Origin: Faecousia sp.
GTDB lineage: Bacteria > Bacillota > Clostridia > Oscillospirales > Oscillospiraceae
DNA length: 49,724 bases
NCBI GenBank assembly: GCA_045601585.1
Contig: JAZRZW010000060.1
Location: 1 to 49,724, forward strand
Direction: 5' to 3'
The notes beneath the pieces were generated by a model, which did no database searches, was not told the DNA's origin, and worked only from the letters and a program-made list of their open reading frames with translations. Each line of letters begins with the position of its first letter. The stretch's first letter is position 1. Shown one piece after another: positions 7,471 through 17,582 of the stretch. The position numbers and the translations under genes were made by a program.

Positions 7471-8577
7471 TTACTTGTCTGTGTTTTTGCTCGCTTTCTT
7501 TTTTGCGATCCATGCATTAATCCATGAGTAGATCACAGGAATTACCACGGCACTGGCAATAAACTCCAGTATTGCGGTGCTTTGCTCGGTATGAACAAAA
7601 AAGGAATCAATACGATTAATTATAACAATGCTTGCAATGGACGCTAGAGTAGCGAACCGAAAGGATAGAGACACTACCTGTCTGTCAGACCATTTTGTTA
7701 TTTTCTCACTCAATCTTTGCAGTATTTTTGCTAGTTGGTGCAATATTCGCAAAATATATACCAGGATATCTCTTATTAGTCCCCAGAAAAATGCCAGTAG
7801 GGTCATTAGATAATCTGCGATAACTACGAGAGGAACACACAGACACATGAGAGGTTTCCAAAATTTTCGACATCTTCTTGCAAAACTAATAAAAGGAACA
7901 CACCAAAAGTTCTTTCGGATAGGATGTGCGTCGGTATCCTGAATTGATAGAAGGTATTTTTGTTTGAAATCTGTTGAAATGTGGGTGATGATATGAATAT
8001 ACCCTTTAGCTAAAAGGGAAAGAGGTGTTTGCAAAAAAGAAACACTTACAAAAAGGATAATGAAAATGACAGCCGAGTATACTAAGCACAAACATAAATC
8101 GAGAAGGTAAGAATCAAAGTGTATGGATAACCACGATACAATAGTCTCTAACCAATTGGCCGGATGAAAAGTGAAGAATACGCATGCCAGTATCATGATT
8201 GCGCTTTTTTCTATGATGGTTAACGTTTTGTTGCGGGTATCTTTAATTATTGAGGAAACGGTCGTTGCAGAGGATATAGCGTAATAGCCTAGTCTTAAAC
8301 CCCACAGTACAGAAAATAGCAGTTGAATCCAATGCTGTTTCCATACAAATATTGCCAATAAAGAGACAACAAAAAAGGTTGCTCCGCCAATTATGATCAT
8401 GAGATAGTTGTAACTGTTGTTAGTTGTTGGCGTAGATTCCTGCGAATTGCTGTTGGTCTGACTGGACTGAAATAGTTGAGATCTGAACTTAAAGGACAGG
8501 ACAAGCATATAAACCAGATTTATGCCAAAAAGAATACTGAAGCACTTTACTAATACTTGATACATGTTGTTAATCAT
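7471..8577 (-). CDS. Multi-pass membrane protein, unknown function
   Basis: Many hydrophobic segments; AT-rich; ATG 8577 after AGGTGAGG. Confidence 0.75.
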   Translation of the reverse strand: MINNMYQVLVKCFSILFGINLVYMLVLSFKFRSQLFQSSQTNSNSQESTPTTNNSYNYLMIIIGGATFFVVSLLAIFVWKQHWIQLLFSVLWGLRLGYYAISSATTVSSIIKDTRNKTLTIIEKSAIMILACVFFTFHPANWLETIVSWLSIHFDSYLLDLCLCLVYSAVIFIILFVSVSFLQTPLSLLAKGYIHIITHISTDFKQKYLLSIQDTDAHPIRKNFWCVPFISFARRCRKFWKPLMCLCVPLVVIADYLMTLLAFFWGLIRDILVYILRILHQLAKILQRLSEKITKWSDRQVVSLSFRFATLASIASIVIINRIDSFFVHTEQSTAILEFIASAVVIPVIYSWINAWIAKKKASKNTDK

Positions 8578-9043
8578 GGCTATCCTCACCTTTTTCTTTT
8601 TATAGTATTCTATCATATTGTTGTCGCAAGCACAAGAAGCGTTTGGCGGAGAGTTGTCGGTGACGGTCGGAAAAAGTGGTGAGTGCGAGTGTTGACCTGC
8701 GGTTTGCGCTACCTGTTGTATAGTTGGTTTTGGTTAGATTTATTAGAAATTAGTTATTTTTATCAACTATCACCAAAAGCGATGGGAATTTGGGAATTTC
8801 TAGAGAAACGACGATCCTGTTGTTCCTTGTCTTGGCGGTTGAGGTGTTTGTTCTTCCCGATGAGCATCCCTGCGGGTGGGATTATCCCGAGGAGGCATGG
8901 GAAAACGACGAGAGAAGCAATGAGGGAAGTCATCTTTGCGAAGACTTGTTTTGGTGCTATAGTCGGCGAATGGTCGCCAAAAACGAAATACCGGTGTCGT
9001 TTTTTGATCGCTTACCTCGCTTTTTTGGATGGTGTTTCACGTT

Positions 9044-9090
9044 CTGTTAATCCGCAGGTCGTTGGTTCGAGTCCAACAAGGGGAGCCAAA
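9044..9090 (+). repeat. att core, distal copy (3' half of tRNA-Asn)
   Basis: Exact copy of 95..141. Confidence 0.97.
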
Positions 9091-9120
9091 AGACCACCGT
9101 GAAAACGGTGGTCTTTCTTT
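9089..9120 (+). terminator. Original tRNA-Asn terminator
   Basis: AAAGACCACCGT-GAAA-ACGGTGGTCTTT then CTTT. Confidence 0.85.
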
Positions 9121-9146
9121 CTTTATGTTGATTTGGGAGGTGTCTG

Positions 9147-9884
9147 ATGATGGAAAGCTTTGTTATGGAAATAGCCGGAGCAGTTGTGGGCGTTGAGCCT
9201 ATGTTTCAAAGCACAAGAGAATACTGCAGACCCTATCTGACGGTGAAAGAACCGGAGCTTTTTGTAAAGGTATCCACCGAGGATCTGGTTTTTGAGCAGA
9301 AAATGTTTGAACAGGAAGCTCTTGAGGAAGGCTTGAAGATCCGCAAGTTTACAGAGCCTTTTCTGGAACGCGCAACCATCCAGCGGAAGGTAGCAGATTA
9401 CCTTTTGAATCGAAATACATTGATGCTCCACGGAAGTACAGTCTCCGTGGGTGGCAATGCCTATCTTTTTACAGCCCCCTGTGGCACCGGAAAATCTACC
9501 CATACCAGATTGTGGAGAGAATTGTTTGGCCAGCGGGCGACCATGGTCAATGATGACAAGCCCTTTCTGGAGATCACTTCTTCGGGCGTGCTTGCATATG
9601 GCTCTCCCTGGAGCGGAAAGCATGGGCTGGCAAGCAATATTTGTGTTCCGTTAAAGGGGGTTTGTCTGCTCCACCGGGGGCAGGAAAATGTAATTCGCCG
9701 CATGGATGGGAAGCAGCTTGTAGATTTTCTTTCCCATCAGGCCCATATACCCACCAATGTCGCATTAGCAGAAAAAGCACATTCGCTGGTGAAGATGTTG
9801 GTTGAGACGGTTCCGCTATGGGAAATGTATTGCAACAAAGAACCGGATGCTGCAATAGTTGCCTATAATGCGATGAGTAAATAA
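9147..9884 (+). CDS. HPr kinase-related P-loop protein
   Basis: LHGS, APCGTGKSTH, NDD and PWSGK motifs. Confidence 0.7.
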   Translation: MMESFVMEIAGAVVGVEPMFQSTREYCRPYLTVKEPELFVKVSTEDLVFEQKMFEQEALEEGLKIRKFTEPFLERATIQRKVADYLLNRNTLMLHGSTVSVGGNAYLFTAPCGTGKSTHTRLWRELFGQRATMVNDDKPFLEITSSGVLAYGSPWSGKHGLASNICVPLKGVCLLHRGQENVIRRMDGKQLVDFLSHQAHIPTNVALAEKAHSLVKMLVETVPLWEMYCNKEPDAAIVAYNAMSK

Positions 9885-9885
9885 T

Positions 9886-9911
9886 AAAAGACCTCCCCAG
9901 GGAGGTCTTTT
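9886..9911. terminator. Bidirectional terminator
   Basis: AAAAGACCTCC-CCAG-GGAGGTCTTTT between convergent genes. Confidence 0.75.
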
Positions 9912-10998
9912 ATTTCTGTTGTGACAGTTCTTTTCGCTTATTTCTTCTTGTGCGGTTGATGTGCCGCTCAAAATCGCCGTTGTTGATCAGTTCAGTGAGC
10001 ACATACTGCATAAAAGTAGGAACAGTGCAGGAATAGAACCCTAATTTGTTCCTAAATGTTTCCACTAAATGTTTGGGCAGTACCATATAGCCCACACGGA
10101 ACGAGTGAGAAATGGTTTTGGAGAATGTGTTGAGATAGATCACATTATCGTTGGGGGAGAGGGCAAACAAGGTTTCCGTGGGTTTGGTGGAAACCGCAAA
10201 CTCAGATTCAAAATCATCTTCTATGATATAGCGGCGGCCTTGTCCTGCCCAACGGATATACTCGTGGCGCTTGGATGCGGTGGCGGTAACACCACTGGGG
10301 AAACTCCGGTAAGGGGTGGTGTGCAGAATCTCTGCGTTTGTTTTCACCAGAGCCCTACTTTCAATGCCTGAGACGGTCAGGGGCAGCGCTTCATAGTTGA
10401 TGTCTGCGGTTTTGTATACCTGCTCAATCTTTTTATAGGAGGGGGATTCGATGGCATAAGTGCGCTGGCGGCCAAGTAATTGCAATATCATGCCGTATAA
10501 GTATTCAGAGCCGGCTCCGATAACGATCTGTTCCGTATCTACATTGATTCCCCGATTTCGGGCGAGATAATGCCGAATAGCCTGGCGCAATTCTAAGCAT
10601 CCAAGATTGGGAGACTTTTCCAGTAGCAGATCACCGTGCTCAGACAATACTTTTCGCATAGTCTTGCTGAGAACGGACAGAGGAAAATCCGGATAGACAT
10701 TCTCTGCCGGATGGGTTGTATATTCCGGATGATATGTACCTGTACCGGCGAAGCCGTCGGTTTTGCGAAAAATCACCACAAAACCGCTTCTTTCTCTGGC
10801 GTCTATATATCCTTCGTCGCAGAGCAGAGCATAGGCGTGCTCCACGGTGATGGTGCTGACACCGGTTTCTGCTGCAAGATTGCGTTTGGAGGGCAGTTTT
10901 GTGTTGTAGGGGTAATTCTCTGCGATGATATCGTCCCGCAGGTGTTTATAAAGTTGCAGATAGACAGGTCGGTTGGTTTTATCAATAATGTAACGCAT
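9910..10998 (-). CDS. MocR/PdxR-family GntR regulator with PLP-binding domain
   Basis: KLPSKRNLA...TVEHAY HTH; IIEDDFESEF; NTFSKT...RVGY. Confidence 0.9.
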   Translation of the reverse strand: MRYIIDKTNRPVYLQLYKHLRDDIIAENYPYNTKLPSKRNLAAETGVSTITVEHAYALLCDEGYIDARERSGFVVIFRKTDGFAGTGTYHPEYTTHPAENVYPDFPLSVLSKTMRKVLSEHGDLLLEKSPNLGCLELRQAIRHYLARNRGINVDTEQIVIGAGSEYLYGMILQLLGRQRTYAIESPSYKKIEQVYKTADINYEALPLTVSGIESRALVKTNAEILHTTPYRSFPSGVTATASKRHEYIRWAGQGRRYIIEDDFESEFAVSTKPTETLFALSPNDNVIYLNTFSKTISHSFRVGYMVLPKHLVETFRNKLGFYSCTVPTFMQYVLTELINNGDFERHINRTRRNKRKELSQQK

Positions 10999-11046
10999 CT
11001 GGTTATATAAAATACTCCTTATTTGGCGATAGTTGTATGATCAGAT
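10997..11046. promoter_or_regulatory. Candidate MocR/PdxR operator
   Basis: ATCTGGTTATATAA (10997) and TTGTATGATCAGAT (11033) are inverted repeats matching at 11 of 14 positions, between divergent genes. Confidence 0.5.
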
Positions 11047-11088
11047 TTAGTGTACACTATCCTTAACCGAATGTAAAGGTGTGATTTT

Positions 11089-11592
11089 ATGAATACCAAA
11101 ACAAGGAAGCTCGTCCTGGCAGCAATGCTGGCGGCGATCACCTGCGTGTCAACAATGATCATCAAGATTCCGTCTCCTCTCAAGGGTTATCTGAATTTGG
11201 GTGATTGCGTGGTGCTTTTGGCGGGGTGGATGCTGTCACCTGCATACGGCTTCTTGGCGGCAGGTCTTGGTTCCGGATTGGCAGATATTTTCTCCGGTTA
11301 TATTATTTACGCCCCTGCCACTTTTGTAATTAAAGGCTTGATGGCCCTAATAGCCCATTACGGTTTCCGCCTGCTTTCCAAGAAAATGGGAAACCTGTTC
11401 AGTCGGATTCTCAGTGGTGTGGTGGCAGAAGCCTGGATGGTGCTTGGTTATTTTGTGTTTGAGGGATTCTTGTACGGATTTCTCCCGTCGGTGGTCAACA
11501 TTCCGGGAAATAGTGCGCAGGGTATTGCAGGCGTGCTGATCGGTACGATAATGATTAAAGCCCTTGAAAAAAGTAAAATTCTAACAAAGTAA
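11089..11592 (+). CDS. ECF transporter S component (probable vitamin B6)
   Basis: GYLNLGD, GSGLAD, APATFVIKG motifs; divergent from the MocR regulator. Confidence 0.85.
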   Translation: MNTKTRKLVLAAMLAAITCVSTMIIKIPSPLKGYLNLGDCVVLLAGWMLSPAYGFLAAGLGSGLADIFSGYIIYAPATFVIKGLMALIAHYGFRLLSKKMGNLFSRILSGVVAEAWMVLGYFVFEGFLYGFLPSVVNIPGNSAQGIAGVLIGTIMIKALEKSKILTK

Positions 11593-11601
11593 GGTGTTGT
11601 T

Positions 11602-12147
11602 ATGAATACATCTATCTATCAACAGACAGTGGCCGCAGCAGCGGAACTTTGCGAAAAGGCCAACTTAAAGCCCGGAAATCTTCTTGTGGTGGGATGTTCT
11701 ACCAGTGAGGTGGTGGGATCCCGAATTGGCACCAATTCTGACCCGGATGTGGCCGGAGAGATTTTCCGTGGCTTGTACGATGTTGCAAAATCAAAGGGGA
11801 TTTTTTTGGCGATCCAGTGCTGTGAGCACTTAAATCGAGCCATTATCACCGAACGCGAGGTCGTTCCTTTTGCTGAGATCGTGAATGTGGTTCCCCAGCC
11901 AAAGGCCGGCGGCTCTTTGGCGACCAAGGCTTATGCTGCTTTCCTGGAGCCGGTTGCGGTGGAGGAGATCAAAGCAGATGCAGGTCTTGATATCGGCTTT
12001 ACCATGATCGGAATGCACCTAAAGAAGGTGGCCGTGCCCCTACGCCTGGAAAACAATAGAATCGGTGCAGCGATGTTGCTTGCGGCTCGGACTCGTCCCA
12101 AATTTATCGGCGGCGCCAGAGCGGTTTATGACCAGGAGATTTTATAA
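11602..12147 (+). CDS. DUF436/TIGR01440 (YwlG-like) protein
   Basis: VGCSTSEV, QCCEHLNRA, KAGGS, IGMHLK, RPKFIGGARA. Confidence 0.9.
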   Translation: MNTSIYQQTVAAAAELCEKANLKPGNLLVVGCSTSEVVGSRIGTNSDPDVAGEIFRGLYDVAKSKGIFLAIQCCEHLNRAIITEREVVPFAEIVNVVPQPKAGGSLATKAYAAFLEPVAVEEIKADAGLDIGFTMIGMHLKKVAVPLRLENNRIGAAMLLAARTRPKFIGGARAVYDQEIL

Positions 12148-12175
12148 AAGATTTGTGACGAAAGTCTTTGTTCCC

Positions 12176-12210
12176 AATAAAAAGGCCACCCCTCCGGGTG
12201 GCCTTTTATT
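12176..12210 (+). terminator. Intrinsic terminator
   Basis: AAAAGGCCACCC...GGGTGGCCTTTT. Confidence 0.75.
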
Positions 12211-12286
12211 GTCTTGCAACTGCCTATTCGGTGTGCTACAATATGGAAAAGAAGGCGAATCTTGCCGAGAAACCGGGAGGACACCT

Positions 12287-12634
12287 ATGTCACATCTTTT
12301 AGAACAGATAAAGCACACCGTAGATGCCACCATCCCCGATAAAGAGGAATTGACCCACGGTCTGCACCCTAAGATCGACTATACCCTTTTGATTTTGCGC
12401 AACATTTTTGTTAGCGTGGCAGTGGTTTTCTTTTTGCTGTCTTTTTTCTTTCACGGAAGCTATAATATTCTCAAAGCAATCGGCTATTTTTGCGGTGCCG
12501 GTGCTTACATTTTTGAGTGTCTGGCGGTTACGGATTGCTTTCAGACCAAGGTGCCTCATACAGAAATGTTTATGGTGTACTGCTTTGGTCCGCTATACAT
12601 CCTGATGGGTCTGGGCTATATTTTGTGGCACTGA
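12287..12634 (+). CDS. Small membrane protein
   Basis: GGGAGG RBS, ATG 12287, three hydrophobic segments. Confidence 0.7.
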   Translation: MSHLLEQIKHTVDATIPDKEELTHGLHPKIDYTLLILRNIFVSVAVVFFLLSFFFHGSYNILKAIGYFCGAGAYIFECLAVTDCFQTKVPHTEMFMVYCFGPLYILMGLGYILWH

Positions 12635-12635
12635 T

Positions 12636-12944
12636 ATGAATTCATTTGAGAGGATTTATCAGGTGGTGTGCCGAATCCCGGTTGGGAAGGTTGCCACTTA
12701 TGGCCAAATTGCCCGATTGACAGGCAATCCCCGGTGGGCGCGGGTGGTGGGATATGCCCTCCATGTGAACCCCGACCCGACGAACATACCGTGCCATCGG
12801 GTGGTGAACAAAGAAGGGAGAACCTCGCCGGCCTTTGCCTTTGGCGGCGGAGATGTGCAGCGCAACCTGCTGGAAAACGAGGGCGTTGCCTTTACGACAG
12901 AGGGTTATGTAAACCTAAAAGAATATCAATGGAAACCTGATTGA
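12636..12944 (+). CDS. MGMT family (O6-alkylguanine) protein, C-terminal domain only
   Basis: IPVGKVATYGQIA, ARVVG, PCHRVV. Confidence 0.9.
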   Translation: MNSFERIYQVVCRIPVGKVATYGQIARLTGNPRWARVVGYALHVNPDPTNIPCHRVVNKEGRTSPAFAFGGGDVQRNLLENEGVAFTTEGYVNLKEYQWKPD

Positions 12945-12958
12945 ATTTGGAGACAATT

Positions 12959-13903
12959 ATGCAAGCTTTAAAATTCGGCATTCTGAGCACTTCCTCCATT
13001 GCGCCCCGGTTTATTGCCGCAGTGCGTGAGGCTGGTGAGGGAGAGATTGTGGCCCTTTCTTCCCGGTCTTTGGAGAAGGCTGAGGAAAAGGCAAAAATGT
13101 GGGGAATTCCTGCATTTTATGGGAGCCATCAGGAACTTTTAGAAGATCAAAATGTGAATATCGTCTATATTTCCAATGTGAATTCTCAGCATTATGGCTG
13201 GGCGAAAGCGGCCCTTGAGGCCGGAAAGCATGTGGTTTGCGAAAAACCCTGCACCACCACTGAGGCCCAAACGAGAGAGCTTTTTGCCCTGGCAAGGGAG
13301 AAGGACCTCTTTTTGATGGAGGCAGAGAAAATGCTCTTCCTGCCGGCATTGATCCAGGTCAAAAAGCGGATCGAGGACGGAGACCTTGGAGACATCACTA
13401 TGGTGGAGATGAGCCACAGCTTCCCGGCGTCCTACAATGGCTGGATGTTCGATGCGGCTGCCGGTGGGGGCACATTGCTCTCAAGCGGCATTTATGCGGT
13501 GCAGCTGCTTTTGTGGTTTTTTGGCGACATCAAAACCATTCGGGGAACTGCCTCCAAGCTGGACACCGGAGTGGAGTGGCAATACATTCTTACCGGCGAG
13601 ACAGAAAGCGGTGTGCTGTTTTCTGCGAAAAATTCCACAAGGGCGAAGCTGGACAACACCGCCCGGATCTTCGGCAGTAAAGGATATGTAGAGATCCCGG
13701 AATATTGGAAAGCAAGAAAGGCAGTGTTCCATACGGAAAATGGGGAAGAGGAGATCCACATTCCCTGTCAGCACGAACTGATTTACGAGGTGCAGCACAT
13801 CGCTGAGTGTTTCCGTCAGGGTTGGCGCACCAGTCCGGTGGTCACAGAGGACCTTTCCGTTGCCGGTATCCGAGCCCTGGAGGCAGTAAAAAGAATGTGG
13901 TAA
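12959..13903 (+). CDS. Gfo/Idh/MocA oxidoreductase
   Basis: AGKHVVCEKP, GGGTLL motifs. Confidence 0.88.
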   Translation: MQALKFGILSTSSIAPRFIAAVREAGEGEIVALSSRSLEKAEEKAKMWGIPAFYGSHQELLEDQNVNIVYISNVNSQHYGWAKAALEAGKHVVCEKPCTTTEAQTRELFALAREKDLFLMEAEKMLFLPALIQVKKRIEDGDLGDITMVEMSHSFPASYNGWMFDAAAGGGTLLSSGIYAVQLLLWFFGDIKTIRGTASKLDTGVEWQYILTGETESGVLFSAKNSTRAKLDNTARIFGSKGYVEIPEYWKARKAVFHTENGEEEIHIPCQHELIYEVQHIAECFRQGWRTSPVVTEDLSVAGIRALEAVKRMW

Positions 13904-14019
13904 GAGGGACAGAATTTGTCCCTCTTTTTCCTTTTTTATTCACGATTTATCTATTATTTTCTCTTTGGATGTGTTATAATACAAGTTAAGTTATTATTAT
14001 CATAAGCAAGAGGTGCTTT

Positions 14020-16758
14020 ATGGGACTGTTTCAGAAAGTGTTTGGTTCCCGCTCTGACCGGGAAATTAAGAAAATTAAGCCTTTAGTGGATAAGATTCTT
14101 GCGCTGGAGGAAGAGTATGCTGCTCTCAGCGAGGAAGACCTCAAGGCAAAGACTTCCTGGTTTAAGGAACGCCTGGCAGAGGGTGAGACCCTGGACGATA
14201 TTCTGCCGGAGGCTTTTGCAGCCATTCGTGAGGCGGCTTGGCGTGTGCTGGAAATGAAGCCCTACCCTGTGCAGCTGATGGGCGGTATTATCCTCCACCA
14301 GGGTCGTATTGCAGAAATGAAGACCGGTGAAGGTAAGACCCTGGTGGCAGTTCTGCCCACCTACCTCAATGCATTGGCCGGCGAAGGTGTCCACATTGTC
14401 ACTGTGAATGACTACCTGGCAAAGCGTGACTCCGAGTGGATGGGCAAGGTGCACCGCTATATGGGTCTGACCGTGGGTTTGGTCGTTCCTGGAATGAAGG
14501 CGGACGAACGCCGCAAGGCCTATGCTGCGGATATTACTTACTGCACCAATAACGAATTGGGCTTTGACTACCTCCGCGACAATATGGCCCTCTACAAGAA
14601 GGATCTGGTGCAGCGCGGCCACGCATTTGCCATTGTGGACGAGGTGGACTCTATCCTGATCGATGAAGCCCGCACCCCTTTGATCATTTCCGGCAAGGGT
14701 GAGGATTCCTCCAAGCTCTATGAGATGGCAGACAGCCTGGTGGCAACGATGCGCAAGAAGGTCTTTGCCAAGACCGATGAAAAAGAATCTATGGACGATA
14801 TCGATGCGGACTACATCGTGGACGAGAAGGCCCATGCCGTGACCCTTACCGCCGCCGGTATCGCCAAGGCAGAGAAGTTCTTTGCCCTGGAGAATCTGGC
14901 AGATGCAGAAAATACCACCATCTCCCACCACATCAATCAGGCAATGCGTGCTCGCGGCCTGATGAAAAAGGACATCGACTATGTCATTAAAGATGGCCAG
15001 ATTATCATTGTGGACGAGTTTACCGGCCGTTTGATGTATGGCCGTCGCTACAATGAAGGCCTCCACCAGGCCATCGAGGCCAAGGAAAAGGTAAAGGTGG
15101 CAGGAGAAAGCAAGACCCTGGCGACTATTACCTTCCAGAATTTCTTCCGCCTCTATGATAAGCTCTCCGGTATGACCGGTACGGCGCTGACAGAAGAGGA
15201 AGAATTCGGTTCCATTTATCGGCTGGATGTGGTGGAGATCCCCACCAACAAGCCTGTGATCCGAAAAGATCACAACGATGAGATCTATAAAAACGAGGTT
15301 GGCAAGTTCCGCGCCATTGTGGAGCAGGTCAAGGCCTGCCACGAAAAAGGTCAGCCCGTGCTGGTGGGTACCATTTCCATCGAAAAGAGTGAGGTGCTCT
15401 CCAAGCTCCTGAAGCGAGCCGGCGTACCCCATAATGTGCTGAACGCCAAGTATCACGAAATGGAAGCACAGATCGTTGCCCAGGCAGGTAAGTTCGGTGC
15501 TGTTACCATCGCTACCAATATGGCCGGCCGTGGTACTGATATTAAACTGGGCGGCAATGCCGAGTTCATGGCCATCAGCGAACTGCGCAAGCAGGACATT
15601 TCTGAGGAATTGCTGGCTGAGGCGGATTCCTATGCTCAGACCAATGATCCGGAGATCCTGGAGATCCGCAAGAAATATGAGACACTTTTGAACCGCTTCA
15701 AGGAAGAGATCGCCGAAGAGGCGCAGAAGGTCCGGGATGCCGGTGGCCTGTTTATTGTGGGCACCGAGCGTCACGAATCCCGCCGAATCGACAATCAGCT
15801 CCGTGGCCGATCCGGCCGTCAGGGTGACCCCGGCGAAAGCCGCTTCTACTTGAGTATGCAGGACGATCTGATGCGTCTGTTTGCAACCGACCGGGTAGTG
15901 GGTATGATGGACACCCTGGGCCTTGAGGAGGATATGCCCATCAACGCAAAAATCATCACCGGTGCGGTGGAAAATGCCCAGAAGAGCGTGGAAAGCCGCA
16001 ACTTCCGCTCCAGAAAGACCGTTCTGGAGTACGACGATGTGATGAACACCCAGCGTGAAGTGATCTACGCCCAGCGTAAAAAAGTGCTGGATGGCGAGGA
16101 CCTGCGGGACAGCATTTTGGGCATCCTGCGGGGTGTGGTGGATGATGCAGTCGCCGAGGCTGTCAGCATGGCCGGTGAGGTCAATGACGAAGCCATGGAG
16201 AGTGTGATCTCCCAGTTTGAAAATGTGTATTTCCCCAAGGGCAGCTGCAAGCCTGAGGGCATCAAGAAGGCGGCCGACCTGGCCGATGTAATTTACGACT
16301 GTGCTCTGAAGGCCTATGAAGAAAAGGAAATTCGCATTGGCAACGAAATGATGCGTGAGCTGGAGCGTGTGGTTATGCTCCGGGTGGTGGACGAATATTG
16401 GATGGACAATATTGACGCCATGGACGATCTGAAGCAGGGCATCGGACTGCGGGCCTACGGCCAGCACGATCCGGTTATCGCCTACAAAGAGGAAGGCTAT
16501 CAGATGTTCGAGGCCATGATTCGGGCCATCCGTGAGGAGACTGTCCGCCGCGTGTTTATGATCCAGGTGCATTCTCACACCAAGATCGAGCGCAAGAAGG
16601 TAGCCAGCGAAACTGCCGCTGTAGGCTCCGGCGATTCCATTGTGAAGAAGCAGCCTGTCCGCAGCAGCAAGAAGGCCGGCCCCAATGATCCCTGCCCCTG
16701 CGGCAGCGGCCTGAAGTACAAAAAGTGCTGCATGCACAAGGATAAGACTGCCCGTTAA
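14020..16758 (+). CDS. secA: Preprotein translocase SecA
   Basis: [30 protein letters not shown]-terminal [16 protein letters not shown]. Confidence 0.99.
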   Translation: MGLFQKVFGSRSDREIKKIKPLVDKILALEEEYAALSEEDLKAKTSWFKERLAEGETLDDILPEAFAAIREAAWRVLEMKPYPVQLMGGIILHQGRIAEMKTGEGKTLVAVLPTYLNALAGEGVHIVTVNDYLAKRDSEWMGKVHRYMGLTVGLVVPGMKADERRKAYAADITYCTNNELGFDYLRDNMALYKKDLVQRGHAFAIVDEVDSILIDEARTPLIISGKGEDSSKLYEMADSLVATMRKKVFAKTDEKESMDDIDADYIVDEKAHAVTLTAAGIAKAEKFFALENLADAENTTISHHINQAMRARGLMKKDIDYVIKDGQIIIVDEFTGRLMYGRRYNEGLHQAIEAKEKVKVAGESKTLATITFQNFFRLYDKLSGMTGTALTEEEEFGSIYRLDVVEIPTNKPVIRKDHNDEIYKNEVGKFRAIVEQVKACHEKGQPVLVGTISIEKSEVLSKLLKRAGVPHNVLNAKYHEMEAQIVAQAGKFGAVTIATNMAGRGTDIKLGGNAEFMAISELRKQDISEELLAEADSYAQTNDPEILEIRKKYETLLNRFKEEIAEEAQKVRDAGGLFIVGTERHESRRIDNQLRGRSGRQGDPGESRFYLSMQDDLMRLFATDRVVGMMDTLGLEEDMPINAKIITGAVENAQKSVESRNFRSRKTVLEYDDVMNTQREVIYAQRKKVLDGEDLRDSILGILRGVVDDAVAEAVSMAGEVNDEAMESVISQFENVYFPKGSCKPEGIKKAADLADVIYDCALKAYEEKEIRIGNEMMRELERVVMLRVVDEYWMDNIDAMDDLKQGIGLRAYGQHDPVIAYKEEGYQMFEAMIRAIREETVRRVFMIQVHSHTKIERKKVASETAAVGSGDSIVKKQPVRSSKKAGPNDPCPCGSGLKYKKCCMHKDKTAR

Positions 16759-16781
16759 TACCAAAGATTTGCGAGGATTTT

Positions 16782-17582
16782 ATGGCACTGACCACCGTCC
16801 GAAAGGGAGATCTTGAATACCTGATCGCTGAGGAATTTACCGTTAAGCACTGCTTTACTACCCGCTTTGGCGGCGTCAGCAAAGGTGCTTTGGGAGCGAT
16901 GAACCTGGGGATGCACCGGGGGGATCTTCCAGAAAATGTGGAAGAGAATTATGCCATTTTGGCACGGGAGCTGGAGTTTGAGCTGCAGAACCTGGTGCTG
17001 ACCCACCAGACCCACACCGACATTGTCCGGACCGTGGGAAAGGCGGATGCCAAAGGCCTTGACAACCATGCGTATCCCATTTGCGATGCCCTGATTACCA
17101 ATGAGCCGGGAACGGCTCTGGTGGTGTTTGCGGCGGACTGTACGCCGATCCTGCTCCAGGATCCGGAGACAGGTGCGGTAGGTGCGCTTCATGCCGGTTG
17201 GCGGGGAACGGCTGCCGGTCTTGCGCAAAAGACGGTGCAGGCGATGGTTTGCCAATTCGGTTGCGATCCGGCCAATATCCAGGCAGCCATCGGCCCCAAT
17301 ATCGGACAGTGCTGTTTTGAGACCAATGGCGATGTGCCGCAGGCTATGCTTGAGGCCTTGGGGGAGGAGGCAAATGCCTATATCACCCCCAAAAATGATA
17401 AATATTATGTAAACCTAAAAGAAATCAATGCCGCCTTTCTCCGACGGGCAGGTGTGGAGCAAATTAACATTGCGACCCAGTGCACCGCCTGTGATACGGA
17501 CCGATTCTGGTCCCATAGAAAGGTGGGAGCCAACCGAGGCTCCCAAGGCGCCATTATTGTTTGCAAGGAGGGAACGCCGTGA
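16782..17582 (+). CDS. pgeF: PgeF/YfiH family protein
   Basis: FTTRFGGVS, QTH, ADCTPILL, HAGWRG, FWSHR. Confidence 0.92.
   Translation: MALTTVRKGDLEYLIAEEFTVKHCFTTRFGGVSKGALGAMNLGMHRGDLPENVEENYAILARELEFELQNLVLTHQTHTDIVRTVGKADAKGLDNHAYPICDALITNEPGTALVVFAADCTPILLQDPETGAVGALHAGWRGTAAGLAQKTVQAMVCQFGCDPANIQAAIGPNIGQCCFETNGDVPQAMLEALGEEANAYITPKNDKYYVNLKEINAAFLRRAGVEQINIATQCTACDTDRFWSHRKVGANRGSQGAIIVCKEGTP

Larger units (their letters stand above)
95..9090. mobile_element. Integrative element (~9.0 kb) in tRNA-Asn: tyrosine integrase, Xis, Cch-like helicase, DUF1643 and cargo
   Basis: Identical 47-bp direct repeats at both ends, integrase next to the tRNA end, visibly more AT-rich than the flanking core genes. 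Confidence 0.95.

Noticed and set aside
9044-9088. Second tRNA-Asn
   Set aside because: Only the 3' half is present; it is the att duplication
95-9090. Prophage or conjugative ICE
   Set aside because: No structural, packaging, lysis, relaxase or T4SS genes recognisable in 9 kb
8683-9102. ORFs 8683..9102 and 8790..9050
   Set aside because: Run through the subterminal repeat and att copy; better explained as non-coding element end
14083-16764. 893-aa antisense ORF over secA, and similar long antisense ORFs (20644..22260, 25614..26828, 28858..29778, 30508..31908, 35208..36671, 43490..44593, 45255..46259)
   Set aside because: Shadow frames produced by codon bias of the real genes on the opposite strand; no motifs of their own
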